Assembly (NCBI GenBank): GCA_965603825.1
Contig: CBFDEM010000024.1
Span: forward strand, 496,001-560,000
Reading direction: 5' to 3'
Origin: Blepharisma stoltei ATCC 30299
Taxonomy: Eukaryota > Protista > Ciliophora
Length of the DNA: 64,000 nt
Part shown: positions 1 to 11,025 of the stretch, one piece after another
Layout: every line of letters starts with the position of its first letter
How positions within the stretch are numbered: position 1 is the stretch's first letter
Position numbers and translations under genes: made by a program
The notes under the pieces: model-generated
The model's input: only the letters and a program-made list of their open reading frames with translations
Databases searched by the model: none
What the model was told of the DNA's origin: nothing

Positions 1-153
1 CGAAAAAATTATTGAGATTGCAGAGAGATACTCATCAGAAATAAAATAAACATAAGGATTTATATCCAAGACATTCTTCACTGTAAATTCTTGAATTTTA
101 ATATTAGAAAAAAATAAATAGATCTCTATGTGACATTTTTACATTATAATATA

Positions 154-786
<633 letters not shown>

Positions 787-1760
787 TTATTATATAAATT
801 ATATATAAGTTTGATTTGAAAACTACTATTCTCATTTGGTCTTGTGCAATTTCTTTTATGATTATTCCATAAAATTTCTGAAAAAGTCTTTTTTTGTGCC
901 TTACCTTGTTCAAAAAAAGTGCATCCTTTGAATGTTTGTTTTTCCATTATCAGAATAATTTTAAAGCGGATTTTTCATCATTCACATTGCTATTCTTTGG
1001 TTTTCTTGAAACGAATGCTTAATTTTTGAAAAGTAATGATCATTCTAATTATGCTGATTCTAGCTGGAGATATTGATAAATCTCCATTAGTATGGAAATC
1101 AATTTCCTACCAAATGTCTTTGTTTTTACAGCAAGGCAAGAGATTAGATTTTAAGAACTCATGCTCTTTTTTGTCTTATTCTAAAGAGCAATCAATTTTC
1201 AATATTTCTAAAAAGTATAATATTTTTCAATTCTCAAATTATTTCAAAGCTTTACATCGGGCGAGATGAATGAAAAATTGGCATTTGAGTAGAAATTCTT
1301 AAAAAAATTGCTACATAGCAGGTAGATTTATACTCTTCCTTTGAAGTACAGCTTTATTCCTCTGCTATTTTTGATACTCTCGAGATTAGTGAACCATTTA
1401 TGTGTATATTAGTTTTAGGAGTTATTTATTAAACGGTAGAATTAAGCCATAATGATAAATATGAAAAATAAGAATATGAGCTATTGAGACAACACATGAT
1501 TTTTGTCTATTTAGAAGAGCTATTAGTTAATAGATTGGTTGATTTAGGAAATTATTTTTTTCATAGAACAATCCAGAATTTTTATTTTTAGAAATAAGTA
1601 TAATAACCAAAATGTTTAAAAACTAGGGACGATAAAAATTTCTGAATTAGAATTTCTTGGTCCTCCATCATCTTAAAAAATAAAAAATAAATTTTTGAGT
1701 TATTTTAATTCTTACACAAACCCTTTATCTGACTGTTATTATGATAGCAAATTTAATAAA

Positions 1761-2801
1761 ATGGATGCAGTAACCATTCGTTCCAAAATTTTCCAAGTAT
1801 TAATAGGACCTCAACTAGCCGCAATGCTATATGCATCTTTAGAATTGGAACTCCCTGAACTACTTTTAACGCCAAAATCAATAGAATTTTTATCGGAAAA
1901 GACTCAAACCCTATCAGAAAAATTAGAACGCATTCTTTTTGCACTTGAATCGTTCGGATTCTTCTCTTATAACTCTGTTAGTAAAGAATGGTCAAACTCC
2001 CAGTTATCATCAGCACTTTTAGACGAGTCCTTGAATTCAATTGCAAAATATTGTATAATGCCCTATAAGTATGAGGTCCTTTGCAATTTTTCAGAATCTT
2101 TAAAGCAGGAAAAATCAGCCCATGAAATTCGTTTTGGATGTAGCTATATTGAAGGTTTAAAAAGAAATCAAGATGCCTTTGAAATTTATCAAAAAGCAAT
2201 GGCTGGGTGGACAAATTATGACGGGAAAGATAAAATTGATATTGATTTAAACGATTCTTCCAGAGTACTTGATGTTGGTGGAGGTGACGGAACGCTTTTA
2301 ATCGATTTAGCAAATGCTCATCCCCATATTACTGGTACCGTTTTTGATATCCCTGAAAGCCAGCCATTGATTGATGCAAATATTGAAAAATATGAATTAT
2401 CAGAAAGACTGGATTCTATTGGTGGAAATTTTTTTGAATCCCTTCCTGAGGAATATGACTGCATTTTAATCAAAAATACTCTAATCGATTGGAGTGACAG
2501 GGACTGTAAACGAATATTAAATAACTGTAGGAAAGCTTTAGAAGAAGGAGATCAACTCAAATGAATAGACTGTGTCATAGACAGGCAAGACCAAACTGAT
2601 TTATGGGGAGTAATTCTTGACATGAATATGATGGCCTCCGGCAATGGAAGGGTCCGAACTAAGGAGCAAATGGAAAAGCTATTACATGAGTCTGGCTTCA
2701 GATTCGACAGCATTTCTCCCTCCACAAAAAAACGAAATGCATCTGTTACCTCATTAGCACCATCTGCTAAACATTGTGTTATTAATGCGATAGCAATTTA
2801 A
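1761..2801 (+). CDS. Class II SAM-dependent O-methyltransferase-fold protein (dimerisation + Methyltransf_2)
   Basis: VLDVGGGDG, FD, GNFF and GRVRT motifs. Continues through TGA 2562-2564 to TAA 2799-2801. Confidence 0.85.
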
Positions 2802-2873
2802 ATTTAATATCTTATTTAGCTTAAAATAAAAGTCTTTTGGAGTTGGAAATGATTTTTAAACAGGTTAAGAAAA

Positions 2874-3881
2874 ATGGCTACAGACGCAACTGTATCATTT
2901 CGTCAAGTAGGAAGAGAAGTGACAGGGAAAGTTTATAAAGGGACAATTGTTGATGCATTTAATAGACTTACTCAGCCTTCAATTCCTACTAAAAGTGAGC
3001 AGGTTCTTACACAAATGAACAAAAAAGGAGGATTTGGAGCTTCAGCTGACAGATTTATGGCGAAATCTTATTTTGGACCAGGCCCCGGGCAATATGCAGG
3101 GCCAGAAGAAGACCCAAACCCTTCAATGAGCAAAAAAGGATATGGAGGGCTAATTAATCGAGCTCCAAGATTTAAAAAATTTCAATATAATACTGCAGTT
3201 CCAGGTCCAGGCTCATATGAGCAAAAGCAAAGAGACATAAAAACCGTTAGCTCAGTTTTTGTTGAAGGAAGATCAAAATCTTTAGCATCTAAATTCGATC
3301 CACCAGCACCTGGCCAATACAACCCAAAAATTCTTGAAACAAGAAGAGTCGGAATGACATCAACATTTAAAAGTAAAACAAGAAGGCTAGAGCCAAGCAC
3401 CGCTTCTGATGCACCGCCACCGTGGCAGTACAATATTGACACTACAATGATAAGAAGCGCCTCAGCTAAAAATACAGCTGCGTTTAAGCAGCCAGTTCAG
3501 GCTAGAAGGTACCAAATAAATTTATATGACCCGCATTCTGACATTCTGGGTGATGATAATCCTGGGCCTGGGGAATATAATGTAGTAAATACAAGTCTAT
3601 CGAATGTGAAGCCTTCTCCTATGTTTATTGTGGGGGAAGTTGATAGATTTGGTAGACCAATTAGACCAAAGAAAAAAAATGAAGTCACGCCTGGACCAGG
3701 AACTTATACAATGGCAAGAGGTGATGAAAAAGTGCCGGTTAGTGGAGCAGTTTTTATGAGTGAAAGTGAAAGAACTTGATTTTTAGCAGAAAAGAAACCA
3801 CCTGGACCAGCTTTTTATAAGCCAATGCCAGTACCAAAGAAGAAGTCATTTCATTTAAATTCGAATAAGATGTGGGTATAA
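2874..3881 (+). CDS. SHIPPO/PGP-repeat ciliary microtubule protein (STPG1/ODF3-like)
   Basis: Repeated PGPGxY motifs. Reading through TGA 3777-3779 adds PPGPAFY and KKKSFHLN. Confidence 0.85.
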
Positions 3882-4373
3882 CTCATTTTTAACTGTTATT
3901 TATTATGGAAATAATTGCTTTTTTTAGAAAAATTGGGAGTAAATAATTCCTATCAATTAGTTACTTAGTTGTTTTTTTAATTATATTGAATATTTTTAGA
4001 ATCTTATAAATCCTCTGTTTTAGCTATATAAATAAGTAGAAAGGCAAATTTAAATAGTCCAATAATATTTAAAATTAACTATAAAAAATTAATCTGATGG
4101 ATAAAAATTTTTTTAGTAAAAATCATCCCAATAGCAAAACAACTGCATAGAGAACTGTTTAATAATTACTGTAAATATTATAGATATAAAAATGATTGAT
4201 CAATATTATCAAATAGAAAATTTTGTAATCAGAAATAAACTTTTGATAATGCTATAAGAGATAAGAATTTAAAGAATCATTAAAATATTAGAAAAAATTT
4301 CATTGGCTCTTTAATACATTAACAATCTGATGATTTTTTAGCAATTTTATTAAATAACGATATACAAAATTAA

Positions 4374-5678
4374 ATGCAAGATTCTTCCCTTAAAGAGCCA
4401 ATAAGTAAAATTGATAGAAATTTATCAATTGAATTAAAAACAGAGCATCCTTTGCTACAATTACTGTCCCCAGAACTAAAGAAAATTCTAACTTCTCAGA
4501 AAAGTGTTTCTCTATATCACAGCAAGTGACACAAAAAAGGTGGAATTCCAAGCTTATTTCCAGGTAAAATAATTATTACAAAAGAGCAGCCAGAATTTAT
4601 ACAATGGACATGACCTCACGAATTGCACAAGAATATGATTTCTTTATATGACATAAAATATTCTCAGTCAAAGAAAAGTGGATTTCTACAAGATTCAGCA
4701 GCCCTGGACATATTAGTATCATTTATGCTTCCAAAGAATCCTGTATCCCCATCAGTGATTATAGCCATTGTGACAGGAGAAGACACATTAATAGTAATTT
4801 TTGAAGATGAAGAAGCTTGTAAAAAATGAAAATCTGGACTTCGAACCATCCTATCCTTAATCGAGCCTAGCCCAATGGAGCCAGACGCGGAGCTCACTTG
4901 GAAGCAGTCCTTTATTTTACCTCAGTCGTCACTTGATTCCTTAGCATTTGGCTATATGTTTGATTTTTCAGAACCAAATCCTCCAAATGAGTCATGAAGA
5001 GAGCTTAAGGTCACTTTTGTAAACGAGGATGAGTCATCTCATTATGAATATCTTGTGTATGACCGAAACCAAGAAAACTTGTATGATTCTCTTAATGAGA
5101 TCCTCGGATGTATCGAAACACATATAAATTACCCGAACCGAGAAATGATGAAGGAATTTTTACAAGATATTACAAGGTGGGAAATCAAGACAAGAAATGA
5201 AAAAATTGATGCTTATGCTTCAATTAAAAATAAGAGTGTGCAGTTTTCGCATTATAAAGGGAGCTATAAAAGGAGGATTAGAGATGAATATTTAGACGTC
5301 GATGAAGATAAACTTTCAAAGGAAATTGTAAAAGAAATGAAGCATTATGAGAAATTTGACTATGGAGATAGGGTTACTGATGCTTTTCAGCTTATTTTTA
5401 TGCAAAAGCTTGCAATTGGGCTAGAAACTCATATAGTTGCGAAAGAGTCAAAAAATAGGAGAAAACAAAAATCTAAAACTTCAAATCCAGTGACTAGCAA
5501 GGAAAAGCAAGAAAGTGGGACAATTGAAAATAGCCAAGTAGAAATTGAAGAAAAGCTTGACGCTATCATGCTGAAGAGAACTGAAACCCATTACTTAGAA
5601 GAAGAAAATAATGAAAAAGTCAAAGAAAAAGGAAGTCTGCAATCTTTTAGAGATGCATGCGAATGCATAATATTTTAA
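4374..5678 (+). CDS. Hypothetical 434-aa protein with C-terminal CaaX (CECIIF), copy A
   Basis: Single open frame with TGA=Trp that joins ORFs 4623..4829 and 5055..5678. Paralog at 6522. Confidence 0.8.
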
Positions 5679-5734
5679 AAAACAATTAATCACTTGTTTT
5701 GTAAGAATTCTTACATTTTTTTTAAAATAATAAT

Positions 5735-5982
5735 TTATGCTATGCTAAACATAACTGGCGTTTGGACACTGTTTGTGTTTCATCGATTTCTTCAAGCCCA
5801 TAATGCTCGTCTATAATGGCAACAACTTTTTGATAAATTTTCAGATTGTAACCCTTCCAGCTTGGCAACTCCATCCATTTCATCAAATTTCAAAGCAACT
5901 TCATTGATAGTTTCTCCTTTATCAAAATTTATAATATCTTTTCCAGCTCTTAAAATATTATTAAGGCCTTCTAAAGCAATAA
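5735..5982 (-). pseudogene. Orphan 3' fragment of importin-alpha created by the duplication
   Basis: Near-identical to 7889-8148, with 11-nt and 1-nt deletions and no 5' part. Confidence 0.9.
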
Positions 5983-6145
5983 AGGGGGTTAGTAAAAATC
6001 ATCCCAATAGCAAAACAACTGCATAGAGAACTGTTTATTAATTACTACTAAATATTCCAAGATATAAAAATGGGTGATCAATATTATCAAATAGAAAATT
6101 TTGTGTCACTAGTCAGAAATAAACTTTTGATAATGTTATAAGAGA

Positions 6146-6414
6146 TAACCTCCCCAATGCATACATAGCTAACCAAATTTTGCAAATAAATTAAGTGACA
6201 TGCTTTATAATTCTAAATAATTTTTAATTTTAATTTTGTTATATCTTAAAAGTTAGAAATTTATTTTATTATGATGTTTTTGGCTATTCTTTTAAAATGA
6301 AATTTTTAATATAATTCTTTATTATTTTTGCGTTTAAACCTCTTTTTTTAAATCTCTATATAGAGCTCAAAGATTATATAGATAAAAATGTGTCCAATAT
6401 TACTTGAAAGTTAA
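6146..6414. other. 266-bp AT-rich segment bounded by TAA direct repeats, absent from the paralogous copy (IES-like)
   Basis: Copy A reads GAGA-TAA-GAATTTAAAG at 4258-4274. Copy B reads GAGA-TAA(6146-6148)...TAA(6412-6414)-GAATCTAAAG. Confidence 0.6.
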
Positions 6415-6521
6415 GAATCTAAAGAATTATCAAAATATTAGAAAAAATTTTATAGCTTTTTAATGTATTTTGAAATCTGATAATTTTTTAGTGCTTTTAT
6501 TAAATAAGGATATAAAAATTA

Positions 6522-7821
6522 ATGCAACATTCCTCCTCCCTTAAAGAGCCAATAAATAAAATTGAAAGAAATTTATCAATTGAATTAAAAGTAGACCATC
6601 CTTTGCTACAGCCACTGTCCCAAGAACTAAAGAAAATTCTAACTTCTCAGAAAAGTGTTTCTCTATATCACAGCAAGTGGCACCTAAAAAAAGGTGGAAT
6701 TCCAAGCTTAGTTCGTGGTAAAATAATTATAAGTCAAGCGCAGCCAGAATTTATACAATGGACGTGGTCTCACGAATTGCACAAGAATATGATTTCGTTA
6801 TATGACATAAAAAATTATCAGTCAAAGAAAAGTGGATTACTGCAAGATTCAGCAGCCCTGGACATATTAGCATCATTTATTGTTCCAGAGAACCCTGTAT
6901 CTCCATCAGTGATTATAGCAATTGCAACTGGAGAAGACATATTAATAGTACTTTTTGAAGATAAAGAAGTTTGTAAAAAATGAAAATCTGGACTGCGAAC
7001 CATCCTATCCTCAATCGAGCCTAGCCCAATGGTGCCAGGAGGAGAGTATAATTGAAAGCATTCCTTTTGTTTGTCTCAGTCACCACTTGATTCCTTAGCA
7101 TTTGGCTATATGTTTGATTTTTCAGAATCAAATCCTCCAAATGAGTCATGAAGAGAGCTTAAGGTCACTTTTGTACACGAAGATGGGTCATCTCATTATG
7201 AATATCTTCAGTATGACCGAAACCAAGAAAACTTGTATGATTCTCTTATTGGAATCTTCGGATGTATCAAAACAAATATAAATCACCCGAACCGAGAAAT
7301 GATGAAGGAGTTTTTACAAGATATTACAAGGTGGGAAATCAAGACAAGAAACGAAAAAACTGATGCTTATGCTTCAATTAAAAATAAGAGTGTTCAGTTT
7401 TCGTATTATAAAAGGAGCAATAAAAGGAGGATTAGAGATGAATACTTGTATGTCGATGAAGATAAATGAAATCGTAAAAGAAATCAAGAATTATGAGAAA
7501 TTTGACTATGGAGATAGGGTTACTGATGCTTTTCAGCTTATTTTTATGCAAAAGCTTGCAATTGGGCTAGAAACTCATATAGTTGCGAAAGAGTCAAAAA
7601 GTAGAAGAAAGCAAAAGTCTAAAACAAATCCAGTGACTAGCTGGGAGAAGCAAGAAAATGGAATACTTGAAAATAGCCAAGTAGAAAATGAAGAAAAGCT
7701 TGACGCTATCATACTGAAGAGAACTGAAACCCGTGACTTAGAAAAAGAAAATAATGGAAAAGTTAAAGAAAAATTAAATCCGCCACCTTCTGACCGTTTA
7801 TGCGGATGCATAATATTTTAA
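6522..7821 (+). pseudogene. Copy B of the CaaX hypothetical gene, frame broken near 7467 (pseudogene or +1 recoded)
   Basis: Net 8-nt loss versus copy A (AAA CTT TCA AAG GAA becomes AAA T GAA). The 0 frame stops at TAG 7515-7517; the +1 frame stays open to CGCIIF. Confidence 0.65.
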
Positions 7822-7888
7822 AAAATAATTAATCACTTGTTTTGTGAGAATTCTTACAACCATTTTACATCTTTTTTAAAATAATAAT

Positions 7889-9514
7889 TTATGCTATGCT
7901 AAACATAACTGGCGTTTGGACACTGTTTGTGTTTTCATCAATTTCTTCAAGCCCATAATGCTCGTCCATAATGGCAACAACTTTTTGATAAATTTTCACA
8001 TTGGGGTGAGTTTGTAACCCTTCCAGCTTGGCAACCCCATCCATTTCATCAAATTTCAAAGCAACTTCATTGATAGTTTCTCCTTTATCAAAATTTATCA
8101 TATCTTTTCCAGCTCTTAAAATATTATTAAGTCCTTCTAAAGCAATAAGCAGTACTTTTGCATCTTGCATATTCAAGACTTCACAAAGTGCAATTAAAGC
8201 CCCTAGGTCCACCAATTTCAATACCAATGCTTTATTTTTTGCATGACTTGCGTTTGAAATAGCCCACAATGCTTCTTTTTTTATCTCTATATCAGAATCT
8301 ATAACTGACGCCAAAACTAATTGCATGCAAGGGTGAGAAAGAACCATATTAATTTGCTCATCAGCTCCAGCCATTATGTTGCTAACAGCCCAAAGAGCTT
8401 CTTTTCTTAAACTTCTTTTCCTTGAGGTCAGAAGTGGAGCAATTTTATCAATAAGACCAAGAGCAATCACTTTTTCGGTCTGCTGGTCATTTCCTGTTAA
8501 AATGTTTCCAAGAGTTCTGAGTGCTGGAATTTGGATTTTTGTGATTGGAGTTGAAAGCAGCTCAACTAAAGTCGGGAGAAGATTTAAGGAAATGAGATCC
8601 TCAACATGCTCTGTGTGGCCATCAGATAAATATGATAAGGTCCAACAAGAATCTGAAAGAATATCTTCTTCATTTGTCGCGAATAAGCTTGGCAGCAGTT
8701 TTATTACTTTTTTCATCAAATCGTGGGGAGGCTCTGGCTTTCCTCTACAACAATTGCTGATCGCTCATACGAGTGTGGATAAATGCTGAAGCGTTATCCC
8801 TTCTCTTGTAGTAATGATTTCTAGTAATTTATGAATTCCTTCAGCTTCAACTATTTTATCTCTTGATTCAACTGAATCACCAGCAATATTTCCAAGTGTC
8901 CAGACACATAGGTCTACTAAATCAAAGTTTTTGCTTCCTAAAAGCCCAACTAAGGCATTAACAATTCCCTCAGCTACAATCATATCGATAATTTCTCCGC
9001 TTCCTGAAGCCATGTTTAATAAGCACCAAGCACATTCGATTTGTAGATCTGTTAAATCATAAGAAATCAGGTCTATTAGCCTACGGCTTACACCTGATTT
9101 GGTTATCATCATTAATGGTGGAGGTGTTTCGTCTGATAAAATTTTTCTTAAAGTTTGAATTGATTTAAAAAGGACTTCTAAATCTTCAGACATCAAGATT
9201 AATTCTAAAAGAACGACTAGACGAGATTCTGGGGGAAGTTCTGTAGAAATTAGTCTTGACTCTGCGCTACTTAGGTCAGAATCAACCCATTCATGTTTAA
9301 AGACAACTTCTTCACTTGTAATTGTGATTGCTTCTTTTGCTAATTTACCTGTTTCTGATACTAGGGCTCGTTTTTTTGTTATATGATCATCGCGCTTTTT
9401 TTTTCTAAGCTCTATAAGACCTTCTTCTCTACGCTTACGAATATCTTCAATATCAAAACCAGAATTGAACTTTTTATTTCTGTTTTCAAGTTTTAAATTT
9501 TTTGACAAATCCAT
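7889..9514 (-). CDS. Importin subunit alpha (541 aa)
   Basis: IBB domain (KRREEGLIELRKKKRDD) and ARM repeats. TGA 8765-8767 lies at the conserved Trp in LVWAISNCCRG. Confidence 0.95.
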
Positions 9515-9691
9515 TTTGCCGCCTTGTGATTTCAAAAGTATAAATTTTTAAAAGTTTATTTAATTAATCAGTTTCCAAAAGCCTTGAGAACTCTATTAAT
9601 ATAATTTATAAACAAATCAATGCTTTAGAAAATTATATTAGAAGACATTTTAAGTAGTATAAGGTTAATTTAATTCCAATGGCTTTAGCAC

Positions 9692-10528
9692 TTACTTGGG
9701 ATTTTTCAAGAAATCTACTTGGGATTCAGATCCCATGTATGATAATATAGAAGTTCTTAGCAAATCATCAACTAAATCCTCGCTATTCGCAAACGAACTT
9801 TCTGGAAAATATGTATATTCTGATACATCATCTGGCAGCTGATTTCCTACTTTTCCTCCAGCAAAATAAGAAAAATCCGTGTTCTTCTTTTTAATGTTTA
9901 TAGGCCCAACCACTTCTCCTTCAAGTGTTGCTCATTCAAGGCAATAGCCTTCTGTAAATCTGTACGACTCCACTGTTTTTCTTGCAGCTGAGTGGCTTGC
10001 AAATGCGATTAACGCAATCATAACGATTTTTCCTTGCCAAAGCTCTTCAGTCAGCCTAATTTCTTTAATTCTGAAGCTATCACCAAATAAAGCTTTTACT
10101 GATTCTTGATTTGAATTTAAAGGAAGACCTGAGATTTTTATGCATTTATTAAGCGAATTTCCAGTTGGCATTATCTGCTTCTGCAAGCTTAATAGCAAGT
10201 TATCAAACCTTGCGATATCATTCATATATAAATGACGGTAAGCCATCAACAAGTCGCAAGCAGATTTTGTTTTGCCTTGCTGATGGAAAATGCCAGCCAG
10301 GTCCTTTATGGCACTTTCTACACGTTCCCCATTTGCTATGGCCATCTTATAGTAGAATTCAGCTTTTTCCAAATTTTTTTCGATATATTCAGCTCGCTTT
10401 GCCCAGGAGTAAGGGGTTTCTGTTTTGGGGATCGGAAAAGATTCTTCGCCTCTGAATGGGTCAGCTGGGTTGATCAGAGGAGACATCGGATAAGATGGTG
10501 CTAGCTCCCAATAGGAAGACGCTTTCAT
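9692..10528 (-). CDS. TPR (POLLENLESS3/TDM1/SDI1-like) plus RRM-like protein
   Basis: PYSWAKRAEYIEKNLEKAEFYYKMAIANGERVESAIKDLA, followed by IKISGLP...ALIAFASHSAARK. Read through TGA 9932-9934. Confidence 0.7.
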
Positions 10529-11025
10529 TAAATGGAATTTATTATCGATTATTTTGCTCCAAAACTTATTATTGTGCAACCAAATTTTTATTTTGGTGTT
10601 TGAAAGAAATTTTAAGACATTATTTTTATTATAAACAAGCTTTATAAAGCTAAAATGAGAATGAAATTTTGAATTTTAGAGATGGCGATCATATTTTTAC
10701 TAATCATTTTAAGTAACAACTTTTTATTTTTTAGGTTTAGATAAAATTTAAAAAAAAAATTGGAGTTGATAGGAATTAGCTTAAACTTTATAATAAAAAG
10801 CCTTTACGAGGTAATATATTTAATATTTTATATTTTAGACTGATGAGTTCTGACCTGTATATTTTACATATTTTATTAGGAGAGTTTTCATAAAATTGAA
10901 TGAGCTATTTAATTTTGTTTATTATCTCTATTGCTATCCTGGAAAGTGAATCCAACAATCAAATGCAAACAAAATGGAATTATCAAAGAAATTATTTAAA
11001 ATTTTATTAATTTTATTTTATTTAT

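Larger units (their letters stand above)
4113..8148. repeat. Tandem segmental duplication: unit A 4113-5982, unit B 5989-8148
   Basis: TTAGTAAAAATCATCCCAATAGC starts both units. Each has a promoter region, the same hypothetical gene and the importin-alpha 3' end. Confidence 0.92.

Noticed and set aside
820-1420. Short ORFs (731..913, 759..947, 1036..1269) and coding-like texture
   Set aside because: No frame stays open with TGA=Trp or tiny introns, and no motif was recognised. It could be a decayed relic, but this is unsupported.
10838-10856. CTGATGAG-TT-CTGA as a hammerhead core or C/D snoRNA boxes
   Set aside because: No stem II/GAAA follows, and the C and D boxes are only 3 nt apart.
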